Below are positions 25,858 through 34,854 of a stretch of 58,880 nt of DNA, in pieces. Below the pieces are notes generated by a model. The model saw only the letters and a program-made list of their open reading frames with translations. It was not told where the DNA came from and made no database searches. The stretch comes from an uncultured Pirellulales bacterium. GTDB taxonomy: Bacteria; Planctomycetota; Phycisphaerae; Sedimentisphaerales; Anaerobacaceae. Each line of letters begins with the position of its first letter. The stretch's first letter is position 1. The DNA lies in contig CAZMCN010000001.1 in NCBI GenBank assembly GCA_964564845.1, forward strand, positions 1 to 58,880, given 5' to 3'. The position numbers and the translations under genes are program-made.

Positions 25858-27366
25858 TTATGTGCTGTCACTATATCCGTATTCTCCAGCTTTACCTCTT
25901 CGCCACTCACCTGTTAAAAGTGCAACCGCCCACCATAAAACAAAAGCAAAAATAAGGCACCATACCAGATTTCGCCAACAGTCGATTAAGCCAACTGCAT
26001 CCGTAGCGATAAGCAGAGGTCCAAACACACTTACATAGAGCAGCGCCTTGACCTCCGATTTCCTCGATGCCCTGCGAAAAATCCACATTGTAATCCAATG
26101 TAAAATCCCCAACACGATCCCACCCGCAAAAACAAACAAATATCCGCCAAGCAACCAAAGGTTACCAACCAGAGAGATTTCAATTGTAGATTTTTCCTCT
26201 ATCCGAAAACCGTAATAAGGCAATATCCAGTAGCCGGAATAATGTGGGCTAAACCACAATCTGCCTGGTATCAATCGCATAAACGCTTCCTTTAGGAATC
26301 CCAATGGCGCAAACGCTAAAAACGGGGAGTTTCCCGGCGTATTTATAACAACATTATGTCCGGCATTGTGAAACAACCGGTGGAAGGTGTAATAAACCGG
26401 AGGCGTATCTGCCGTGGCTGTACGCCATTCCTTCAGTAGCCCCCAACGGTATGCCAAGTCCTTAAATTCTGCGGTGCCTGTCAGTATCCTCGTAACATTG
26501 CCGATTACCGCATAAAGAGGGAATAAAATTGCTATGCAAACAAGAATAATGAACTTGGTCTTAGCCGATGTCCTGCTTAAAAAAAGAATACCCATTAGAA
26601 ACGTAAAGACGGGAATAATTGCCAAACCGCGGGCATTGCCTAATGTATAAAAGAAAACCAGAACTGCCAAAAATATCGCAAGAGCAATTACCATCTTTTT
26701 AGACAAATTTGTAATAAGGGCACCAACTACAAACAAAACGCCATTGTAGTATTTCATTAAACCCTCTGTTACATAAACTGCCGAATCAGGAATCATAATA
26801 ACTTTTGATATCGAATGTATACCGAGAATAATCATCGAAAATACTGCAACAACATTTGCAACAAGTTTTGGTCTTCGAGCCGGAGTGCTGCTGGCCAACA
26901 CTTTTTCTCGAACTGCCTGCCAAACTATTGGTAGATACCCCAAAAGGAGTAAAAAAACCGCCGTCTGTACTCTCAAAGCCCCATCGAGCATATATGTTGT
27001 AATCGTGCCTTCGTATGTAACATATCTGGCTTCGGGATAAAACACTGCGAAATAAACCGTCGCAAGCGGCCATGCAACAAAAAATATGAGCATTGTGAAA
27101 ACCGGCACCAGAGCCTCCGCTGTCCACTTCTTCAGAAAATGAATAATAGAACCGAATATAATCAGACAGTTCACATAAGCCAGACTGACCCCCCAGAAAT
27201 TTGAACGCACCTTAAAAGGAATCAAGAGTCCTAAAACCGCCAAAAAAAACCACCCTGACAATGACAGCCAGCGCATAGAATAATAGTTGTGCGCCGTTTC
27301 GCCGACGTCATCAAGCAGCTCATATTCCCATTCAACATCCTGTACGCTGTCAACTTCCATTAACAA
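25858..27366 (-). CDS. Polytopic membrane protein, putative repeat-unit polymerase (Wzy-like)
   Basis: It has about 12 hydrophobic segments and no recognisable soluble domain. Its position between GTs and the flippase in a Wzx-type locus supports the call. Function is inferred from context only. Confidence 0.45.
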   Translation of the reverse strand: MLMEVDSVQDVEWEYELLDDVGETAHNYYSMRWLSLSGWFFLAVLGLLIPFKVRSNFWGVSLAYVNCLIIFGSIIHFLKKWTAEALVPVFTMLIFFVAWPLATVYFAVFYPEARYVTYEGTITTYMLDGALRVQTAVFLLLLGYLPIVWQAVREKVLASSTPARRPKLVANVVAVFSMIILGIHSISKVIMIPDSAVYVTEGLMKYYNGVLFVVGALITNLSKKMVIALAIFLAVLVFFYTLGNARGLAIIPVFTFLMGILFLSRTSAKTKFIILVCIAILFPLYAVIGNVTRILTGTAEFKDLAYRWGLLKEWRTATADTPPVYYTFHRLFHNAGHNVVINTPGNSPFLAFAPLGFLKEAFMRLIPGRLWFSPHYSGYWILPYYGFRIEEKSTIEISLVGNLWLLGGYLFVFAGGIVLGILHWITMWIFRRASRKSEVKALLYVSVFGPLLIATDAVGLIDCWRNLVWCLIFAFVLWWAVALLTGEWRRGKAGEYGYSDST

Positions 27367-27421
27367 ACCTTATAATAATAAAAGCGTCCTGCGTGCCACA
27401 TACAGCAAAACCTAACGGCAA

Positions 27422-28480
27422 CTATTTTGACCTCAACGCAACAATCTTATTTATCGCTTCTCTCAACCTCTCATGATTGCTGTAGCCGCTGTCTAAGCAT
27501 CTTTGTCTGCCGGCCTGTGCTATCCCTTTCCTTTCTTCGTCATGACACAGATAGTACTTAACCTTATCTAAAAGTTCTTCATCACTGCTGAAAAACTCAG
27601 CTTCTTTGCCCTCTTTAAAAAGCGAAAGGTGCTCATCGGTCCTTTCAGCAAGCATAAACCCCCCACAGGCCGGTATTTCCATACTGCGCGTCGTCTGAAG
27701 GTCCCGATTTGCTTTCCGCAGGAAACCGAGATTTATATCAAACGCGCAAATCGCACGCGCATAATCTTCTGCCAGTAAAGGCCGGTTCTCGAGCCGCAAT
27801 CTCTCACAATGCCTTTTACACCGATGCCATGTATAACCCCACACTCGAACATCAATTCCACAATCAGCCAGAAAATACAAACTTTTTGCCCTCTCCGGTT
27901 CCCATTGTCCAATGAATCCCACAGGTCCTCCAAAACGCTCCCTCTCTTCAGTTGTAACCTCCACCGGATGATGGCTGCTCCTGTCGTATGCGTTCCCAAT
28001 AAATTCGCTGCGCCGGCAACCCAACTCCTCCAGCTCCGAAACACAGTAGCTCTTGGTGGTAAAGTAAATGTCATAGTAACGCAAAGACCGCAAAAATCGT
28101 CTCGACTGGTTACGCTTGTTACCTGTCATATCATCAGGTGAATAACCCACTATTAAACATTTATCCTGCAAACTGCCTACCGCCTTAAACGTGTCAGGTT
28201 CTATGGTTAGCCCTTTATCAATCCAGAGCAGGTCAAATTGCTCTTTCTCCAGATGATTGATTATCGCTTCATTAGTAGATGCTAAATCCATCGGCCCAAA
28301 CAAACGACGGATAATACGATTGTGCAGACGCCATTCTTTCCGAACAACCCACTCGGGGTGAGTGTTCACCTTCGTCAGTTTATGACCTAAATCCTGCAGT
28401 GCAATCATGCGCTGCTTTGTTGTACTTCCTCTCCTTATAGGACCTATATACAATATTTTCAAAGAACCTGGTTTCATCAT
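27422..28480 (-). CDS. CgeB-family (DUF3880 / Glyco_trans_1_2) glycosyltransferase-like protein
   Basis: The C-terminal NLGFLRKANRDLQTTRSMEIPACGGFMLAERTDEH..LF..GKEAEFFSSDEELLDKVKYYL is the CgeB-type signature. Confidence 0.65.
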   Translation of the reverse strand: MMKPGSLKILYIGPIRRGSTTKQRMIALQDLGHKLTKVNTHPEWVVRKEWRLHNRIIRRLFGPMDLASTNEAIINHLEKEQFDLLWIDKGLTIEPDTFKAVGSLQDKCLIVGYSPDDMTGNKRNQSRRFLRSLRYYDIYFTTKSYCVSELEELGCRRSEFIGNAYDRSSHHPVEVTTEERERFGGPVGFIGQWEPERAKSLYFLADCGIDVRVWGYTWHRCKRHCERLRLENRPLLAEDYARAICAFDINLGFLRKANRDLQTTRSMEIPACGGFMLAERTDEHLSLFKEGKEAEFFSSDEELLDKVKYYLCHDEERKGIAQAGRQRCLDSGYSNHERLREAINKIVALRSK

Positions 28481-28501
28481 AAATGTTTCGGGTTCGAACG
28501 G

Positions 28502-29587
28502 CTATTGGCTTTGTACATACCTTGCTTCTTTTCTGGTAAAAAGGTTGGGATGCCGCGGCAAGCCTAAAAAAACCCGACACTTGCTCACCAACGTCCCCCA
28601 CAAATATGGAACCAGCTTTTTACGAGCAAACCGAAGAAGTTCCTTTTCCAGACCATGTCTCCTAAACACGTTACAAATTTCCGCGAACTGATTGTTCTTC
28701 CTTCGTAACCTTGCAAGATACTCCGGCATAATCATCGACCCCGATTGCCACACTTTCGACTCCTGAATAAATGCGGTATCACTCAAATGTACAGGAAGCC
28801 CTTTCTTCTGCCCGAAAAAACTGGTTAAATCGTCAACCATATTTATGTTATCTTCCACACCAAGCATTACTTTACGTGTATGCCCCACAGACCCCGGCTG
28901 CATCCGATATCTCGCTACCGAATCAGATATGAATACAACATCACAAACACTCAGCAGTTTCCAAAAAGTTTCCAGGTCACCGCTCCACGATTGGTTTTTG
29001 GGAAAACCTCCGATGGATTCTAAAGCTTCCCGCTTAATCAGGTGCGGCGATGGATTGCCAAACATACAGCCGGCACTTTTCTTTAGGCTCACAACGTCAA
29101 GAACCTTAATACCGCTGCATCTGCCTGACACGCCCCATCTCCTCGGCCGAGCAATAAGAGAACCATCAGAATCGATGATTGTAAATTGTCCGAACACTAC
29201 TCCAACTCCCTCTCCCGCCTTTTCCCATCCATCAACCAATACCGATACACAATTCGACTCAAGAACATCATCTCCGTCCAGATATTTAATAAGTTCGCCT
29301 CTGGCCAATTCCAGACTACGATTTTTGTTAAGATGCTGTCCAAGGTTCTGTTCATTACGATACACTCTTAGGCGACTGTCCTTTATCTTTAACACCTCTT
29401 CGTAAGTGCCGTCGCCGCCGCAATCCTCAACAACCACTACTTCCAAAGGTTCATATGTTTGACTCAGCGCACTTTGTATCGCCTCCGCAATATAATCCTT
29501 ACAACCCCAGCAGGGAATTAAAACTGACACCAAAGGGCGGTGGGTAACCGCAGCTTCTTTATTATCTTGTGACTCTCTCATCTTCAA
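28502..29587 (-). CDS. Glycosyltransferase family 2 with a C-terminal extension
   Basis: Motifs are VSVLIPCWGCKDYIAEAIQSALSQTY..LEVVVVEDCGGDGT...YLDGDD. Confidence 0.85.
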   Translation of the reverse strand: MKMRESQDNKEAAVTHRPLVSVLIPCWGCKDYIAEAIQSALSQTYEPLEVVVVEDCGGDGTYEEVLKIKDSRLRVYRNEQNLGQHLNKNRSLELARGELIKYLDGDDVLESNCVSVLVDGWEKAGEGVGVVFGQFTIIDSDGSLIARPRRWGVSGRCSGIKVLDVVSLKKSAGCMFGNPSPHLIKREALESIGGFPKNQSWSGDLETFWKLLSVCDVVFISDSVARYRMQPGSVGHTRKVMLGVEDNINMVDDLTSFFGQKKGLPVHLSDTAFIQESKVWQSGSMIMPEYLARLRRKNNQFAEICNVFRRHGLEKELLRFARKKLVPYLWGTLVSKCRVFLGLPRHPNLFTRKEARYVQSQ

Positions 29588-29632
29588 CTATAATCCTTCT
29601 GTAAAGCATTATTAGCAGCTCAGGTTTTTATA

Positions 29633-30589
29633 TCAGGACTCGATTTGTTTCCTGGCTACGGCAGAACTGATACCACGACAAGCTATTGTTATTTCGCGAT
29701 AGTCGGCAAAGTCATACCCGCGTTTTGATAATTCTCGTAAAAAGATTTCTCTGCTGACGTCATTTTCAAGCTCGATTTGAAAACACCTGACCTTATCTAT
29801 CCAGCTTAAATCGTCACTACTGAAGACATCTATCTCGGCACCTTCTACGTCTATTTTTAGGATATCCACCGTCTCGATGCCATACCGCTTAAGAAGAGTT
29901 GCCATATCAACGCCTTCAATGCCGTCAGCGTCATCAGCATCCGTCGGTAAAACACTTGAAGACCAAGTGCCGATATTATCAGCAACAACATTCATTGAAC
30001 ATCTCTCGCACCATAAAGCTGATTGCAAAATGACCGCACGGGCACCGAACTGTTCAAGATTTCTCCGACAAAGCGAGTAATTTACAGGGTCAGGTTCAAT
30101 CGCTATTAATCGTGCTTCCGGATATTTGCTCAGCAAATAGGCACTGGCTAATCCTATATTTGCTCCACAGTCGATAATCGTCTTTGCGTCACCTGGAAGC
30201 AACTGTCCATAGTGATGCTGGATGAGAATGTCATAGTAGAGAATAACATCACAGGTTCCAGGTCTAATCCAAACAGAATAATCACTCTCGCCTAAAGGCA
30301 TTTGTACGGACTCTCCTGTTTGCTCTTTTCGACCCTGGTCCCACCGACTTCTCGCCTCCTTGTACATTTTATAAAATTGACTGTGCAGCGATGGTTGAAG
30401 AACTTTGCGAATCTTAAGCCATTCGTCCAGCTTCACCCTGGAAAGTACATAAGGACGCATGATTGTCTGTACAAATGTTACAAACCAGCCAGGCGAATAT
30501 TTTTTGATGTTCTGTTTCAAAACATCATACCACCGCATTCTGCCTATAACATGTACAAATGGTTTTTGCCCGATTTTATCCATGCTCAA
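29633..30589 (-). CDS. FkbM-family SAM-dependent methyltransferase
   Basis: Motifs are IIDCGANIGLAS...LIAIEPDP.N...ILKIDVEGAE. Confidence 0.85.
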   Translation of the reverse strand: MSMDKIGQKPFVHVIGRMRWYDVLKQNIKKYSPGWFVTFVQTIMRPYVLSRVKLDEWLKIRKVLQPSLHSQFYKMYKEARSRWDQGRKEQTGESVQMPLGESDYSVWIRPGTCDVILYYDILIQHHYGQLLPGDAKTIIDCGANIGLASAYLLSKYPEARLIAIEPDPVNYSLCRRNLEQFGARAVILQSALWCERCSMNVVADNIGTWSSSVLPTDADDADGIEGVDMATLLKRYGIETVDILKIDVEGAEIDVFSSDDLSWIDKVRCFQIELENDVSREIFLRELSKRGYDFADYREITIACRGISSAVARKQIES

Positions 30590-30662
30590 AATTCCTCGAC
30601 AACTGCGAAAATTAACACAAAGGGCTTATTTTTGTTCAACTCCGCCTGAATTTGTCCCGGGC

Positions 30663-32222
30663 TCATCCTGTTCGCAAATACAGGCCCCGAGCCTTCGCAA
30701 AAAACCTCCCTGCTTCTGCACGTATCTTTTCATCCATTACAAGTGACGCCCCACCGGTAACTAATATGTATGCCATCCCACACACGATAAACCATACCCA
30801 GCTCTCCCCGACAACATATCTTCTAAATAAAAATGCCAATCCCATCGCTGCTAAAAAAGCCCTCCCGAAACTGAATAGTTCGCAACGAAACTCCACCGCC
30901 GAAAGCCGGTGCTTTTTTACCCACTCCGGGCCGTAATACAACGCCGATGCTATCCCGAATCCCACTAACAGACTAACAGGTGAGCCAAGATACTCTATCA
31001 ACCAAACCAGCCCAACCAGAATCGCCGCACGCACGCTGGATAACAACACACCAATGGCCGAGAGACTCTTAATGTTACCCCCGGCATACAAAACATGATG
31101 AACAACTGCCACAAATATTATTGTTGCCAACGCTCCAGCCATCAGAAAATCGAACGCTGCTCCGGCATAAAACTCGGCACCCACCCAAAGATTAACAAAT
31201 GTCTTGTTCAAGGCCACACACGAACCTGCTCCGATTACCAGACAATAAACTATTACACGCATCAGCCTTTGCGAAATATTCCTGAACTTTGTCGCATCGC
31301 CTTCTCCATATAGATGGGCAAGTCCCGGCATAAACGCAACACTGATTCTTTCCAGAATCATCTTGAGTACGTCCCAGGAACGTCTTGTTAATACATAAAT
31401 TATGGTAACATTCGGCCCCAAAAAAATTCCTATCACAAGAGCGTCACATTGAGCAAAAAGCTGGTATGATAAACGATTAAAAAATGTCCAGCTTGTCAGA
31501 CCGGCCATATCTCTCAAGTTTTCTCTTGCCAGGGAGAATCTAATACGCAACCGATACAGACAATAGTAAAATATGTCCGCCCAGTACAGGATTGACCACA
31601 CAATGCCCCTTGCCGCCAGTCCTGCCGGAATTGATACCAGACCGTAACCGTTCAACAACATCACAACTGTTACGACAATGCCTGTTACCGCCCCTGTAAT
31701 ATAAATAATACTGTATGTTACATTACGCTGCAATCCCTGCTGTACAGCACCTGCCCCACCTGCAATTATCGTAAGGCTGCACGAAAAACCCGCCAAAATA
31801 AAACTATCGGATAGACTGCCGCCAGCCTGCCCACTCAGACCAAAGAGCTTAGGTAAAAAAGGAGCAACACCAAAACTCAAAAAAAATGGAATAAAACCTA
31901 CTGCAGCGATGCAAACCAGACCGGTGCCGATTACTTTGCCCATCTGGTCAAACTCTTTTGCACCATAGACTTGTGCTGTTTTCTGACGAACAATATTTGT
32001 CAGGCCGGCATCCGCAAGCAACAGCCACATTACTATACTGCCTGTGGCAAGCCATGCGCCGTAAAGTGTTGAATCTATATACCTCAGGTACAGAGGCACC
32101 AGCACAATACCCTGAACAATCGCCAAGCCGACTGTGACGTATTGATGAATAAGATTTGCTACAGTTGCTAACCGCCTGCTTACAGGCTTAATGTTCGGCT
32201 CTGGTTTGTCTTGAAATGCCAT
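30663..32222 (-). CDS. Oligosaccharide/polysaccharide flippase (Wzx, MOP superfamily)
   Basis: The 519-aa protein has about 12-14 TM segments and a typical polysaccharide-biosynthesis-protein N-terminus (ATVANLIHQYVTVGLAIVQGIVLVPLYLRYI). Confidence 0.75.
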   Translation of the reverse strand: MAFQDKPEPNIKPVSRRLATVANLIHQYVTVGLAIVQGIVLVPLYLRYIDSTLYGAWLATGSIVMWLLLADAGLTNIVRQKTAQVYGAKEFDQMGKVIGTGLVCIAAVGFIPFFLSFGVAPFLPKLFGLSGQAGGSLSDSFILAGFSCSLTIIAGGAGAVQQGLQRNVTYSIIYITGAVTGIVVTVVMLLNGYGLVSIPAGLAARGIVWSILYWADIFYYCLYRLRIRFSLARENLRDMAGLTSWTFFNRLSYQLFAQCDALVIGIFLGPNVTIIYVLTRRSWDVLKMILERISVAFMPGLAHLYGEGDATKFRNISQRLMRVIVYCLVIGAGSCVALNKTFVNLWVGAEFYAGAAFDFLMAGALATIIFVAVVHHVLYAGGNIKSLSAIGVLLSSVRAAILVGLVWLIEYLGSPVSLLVGFGIASALYYGPEWVKKHRLSAVEFRCELFSFGRAFLAAMGLAFLFRRYVVGESWVWFIVCGMAYILVTGGASLVMDEKIRAEAGRFFAKARGLYLRTG

Positions 32223-32286
32223 TTTTCTACGTACTGAATATTGATTTATAAACTCAAATACCTCGAACCCCTATGTCACTACCAGC

Positions 32287-33909
32287 TTATTTCTTAAAAG
32301 CCTCATAGTCGGCTTTGAGGGTTTTGACAAAATCGACACCAGCATCGCTTTTTCCTCTGACTTTGTTGGATATCATCGTTAAGTTTTCACTAAGCCAACC
32401 GTGAGGGGGATTAAAACGATTCTCACCCCACGCCCTGAATCCGATACCAGCTCCATCATTAGCCTTGTAAGTTATTGACAAACGTTTTACCTTCGCTGCA
32501 TCTATTCTTTTTTTGCCGGCCTCGGTTATCTCGAATGCATTTTGACCTTTATGAAGCTTGTAATCAGCGTCTTCTTGTAACTGCACGTCGTTCGGCAGCG
32601 ATATCGAAACTGCAGAATCTTGACGGATAAAATGATTAAAATCGTATCTGCCTGCTGCAATATTGCCAGCCGAACCACCAAGCTGATGAGTGTCGCCAAC
32701 CACCGATAAATTATGACCGCCCATAAGAAGAAATGTATTGCCGATGAAAATCGCTCCGTTGGCCTTGATTCTCGTCGCCGTTGTAACTTGAAAGTAATTA
32801 CCTTGAATGATCATCCTGTTGCCGGAACGAGTATCTATTATCGGCCTGTATTTACTAGGATTCTTGCTCACATTCCTGAAGTTAATCGTATTATTCGAAA
32901 AAGTAATGCGCTCCATCCTTTTTTGGCCACCATCAGGAAACTGGCGTATAAGAACCTCTGGAACTTCACGTTCATAAGCTGTCTCAAACCGGCAGCTATC
33001 AACCAGAATTTCGTTTCCTCTCAAATCAAAATAAACTGTATCGTGGCTTTCAGCACCTGATTTATAGAGTGTTCCAAAATTATTGGAACTGAATTTATGG
33101 GAGCCTCCGGATTGCTCATAACAATTGGTAATCAAATTTCCCGTAAAAGCCGACTTTGTGAATATAAACCAGTTGTTCCTATACTCACACACGTAAGGCT
33201 GTGTGCCGGCACAGACGATATTATAGGCATTATCAAAAGTGCACTGCTCGACAACAAGCTGCCCGTTGTCATGGTCGACAACGCTTTCATTGGGCGACGG
33301 CCTTAGGCCGGGAAAAACTGTGCCTGCATATAAATTATTCAGGCTGCAGTTCTCTATAGACGTCATCACGCTGACATTGCCTATCGCAACGGCGCAGATT
33401 AAATCTTTTTTATTGGTTCCCTGGATGCCCACTCCTGAAATATGCACCTGTCTTCCATTGCTTATTCCCAGAACGGGCACAATATTCGGCTCTTTAACTA
33501 CACCGTTTTTCTTATTCACTTCAACAATTTTGCCGGGCTTGAAATTTTTTAAAACACATATATTGGCGGAAGTTGACTGTCCCCGGTAGGCCCCGCGATT
33601 GGACCCTACCACTGTAATTGATGCCTGTACTAATTTATCCTTATCAGGATTGACAAGCCATATCGTTGATGCAACTCCCCAATTGCCCTTTGGGAAAAAC
33701 ATTGTCAGACCATTTGCCCGGCAGTAGGCCGCACATCTGTTTATAGCCTGAGAATTGTCTGTGCCGACCCAAACCCCGCCTATATTCTTGGCATCTGAAA
33801 CCGCGCCAAATTGTGTAACACTCACAAGACGTTGTGCCAAGCTCTGACCTGAAAGAAACAGCATAACAAGAGTCCAGGGCAACAAAAATTTCTGATAATA
33901 ACTATTCAT
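32287..33909 (-). CDS. Secreted right-handed parallel beta-helix protein (pectate-lyase-3 / tailspike-like), putative glycan depolymerase or modifier
   Basis: The start is placed at the ATG at 33909 (MNSYYQKFLLPWTLVMLFLSGQSLAQ signal peptide). The track start at 33927 is a TTG. VSVTQFGAVSDAK...NSQAINRCAAYC is the Pectate_lyase_3-type N-terminus. Repeated short beta-helix rungs follow (NCSLNN, IQGNYF, FIGNTF). Confidence 0.7.
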   Translation of the reverse strand: MNSYYQKFLLPWTLVMLFLSGQSLAQRLVSVTQFGAVSDAKNIGGVWVGTDNSQAINRCAAYCRANGLTMFFPKGNWGVASTIWLVNPDKDKLVQASITVVGSNRGAYRGQSTSANICVLKNFKPGKIVEVNKKNGVVKEPNIVPVLGISNGRQVHISGVGIQGTNKKDLICAVAIGNVSVMTSIENCSLNNLYAGTVFPGLRPSPNESVVDHDNGQLVVEQCTFDNAYNIVCAGTQPYVCEYRNNWFIFTKSAFTGNLITNCYEQSGGSHKFSSNNFGTLYKSGAESHDTVYFDLRGNEILVDSCRFETAYEREVPEVLIRQFPDGGQKRMERITFSNNTINFRNVSKNPSKYRPIIDTRSGNRMIIQGNYFQVTTATRIKANGAIFIGNTFLLMGGHNLSVVGDTHQLGGSAGNIAAGRYDFNHFIRQDSAVSISLPNDVQLQEDADYKLHKGQNAFEITEAGKKRIDAAKVKRLSITYKANDGAGIGFRAWGENRFNPPHGWLSENLTMISNKVRGKSDAGVDFVKTLKADYEAFKK

Positions 33910-34026
33910 CAAAACAAATCCCGACAAATTTGGTCAAACATAAAAGCCCCCGGCTTCGAAGATGGTAAAGCATTTTCACTCTCGCTTCTTTTTACGTCGT
34001 TGAAGTCCTGTTGACAGTGTGTTATA

Positions 34027-34632
34027 TTACTCCAATCTTTCAAATTCTGATTTCAGAATCGCATAATTCAATCTATTCTGACTTACATTGTATTTGATAT
34101 AGGCGTCCTTTACCACTTCCTTCAGCCTGAAGCCGCATTTCTCCATAACTTTTAGTGCACTCACATTCTTTTCAAATGCCCAGGCTTCTATACTTACCAG
34201 GCCCAACTGTTCAAACCCAAATTTTAAGGCGAGCTTTAGTGCTTCCGACATGAGCCCTTTGCCCCAATATCTCTTGCTGATCCAAAATCCAATATCTGCA
34301 AACTCCTCTTGGGGTTCATTTTTTGATAAGGACACTACACCAATAACTTTTCCTGTTTCTCTAAGAACGACAGCCAACCTAAAAACCTTCTTAGACTTTG
34401 GCTCAAATATGCTTGTCCAGATTAATTGCAGACCTTTCCACATATGCCTAACCGCCCTGCATACAAACCGTCCAATTTTGTTCTCAAGGTACCACTGTCT
34501 GGGTGGGCCTGTCCACCTGCCGACCTCCTTGTCTCGAATATTTATATAGATATCAATAGCGTCAAAAACACTCAATTCCCTCACCAGAATACGCTCACCC
34601 ACAATGCTTGATTTTGTCTGAACAACGTCCAT
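34027..34632 (-). CDS. GNAT N-acetyltransferase (RimJ/RimL-like)
   Basis: Motifs are RILVRELSVFD...IGFWISKRYWGKGLMSEALKLALKFGFEQLGL..IEAWAFEKNVSALKVMEKCGF. Confidence 0.85.
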   Translation of the reverse strand: MDVVQTKSSIVGERILVRELSVFDAIDIYINIRDKEVGRWTGPPRQWYLENKIGRFVCRAVRHMWKGLQLIWTSIFEPKSKKVFRLAVVLRETGKVIGVVSLSKNEPQEEFADIGFWISKRYWGKGLMSEALKLALKFGFEQLGLVSIEAWAFEKNVSALKVMEKCGFRLKEVVKDAYIKYNVSQNRLNYAILKSEFERLE

Positions 34633-34649
34633 CTCGATTTCTTACTATC

Positions 34650-34831
34650 CCTTTACAAGAGCTTCGAATAGCTTTTTGTGCTTTCCTGCTCCGGTCTCAA
34701 ACGAAACCCCCTATTTTACAACAGCACCGAATTTTTCGACACTGACAAGCCGTTGCGCCCCACTCCGACCTGACAAGGAACAGTACACTAACTACCCAAC
34801 GCAATATAAATTGCTGATAATAATGTTTCAT
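34650..34831 (-). pseudogene. Decayed N-terminal fragment of a paralogue of the beta-helix gene (1-nt insertion frameshift, then premature TAG)
   Basis: On the minus strand the ATG at 34831 gives MKHYYQQFILRWVVSVLFL, compared with MNSYYQKFLLPWTLVMLFL in the intact gene. After an extra G (CTTGTCAGGTC vs CTTTCAGGTC) the +1 frame reads SGRSGAQRLVSVEKFGAVVK*, compared with SGQSLAQRLVSVTQFGAVSDAK. Confidence 0.6.
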
Positions 34832-34854
34832 AAAAACCCCGTTTTCACATCCTT

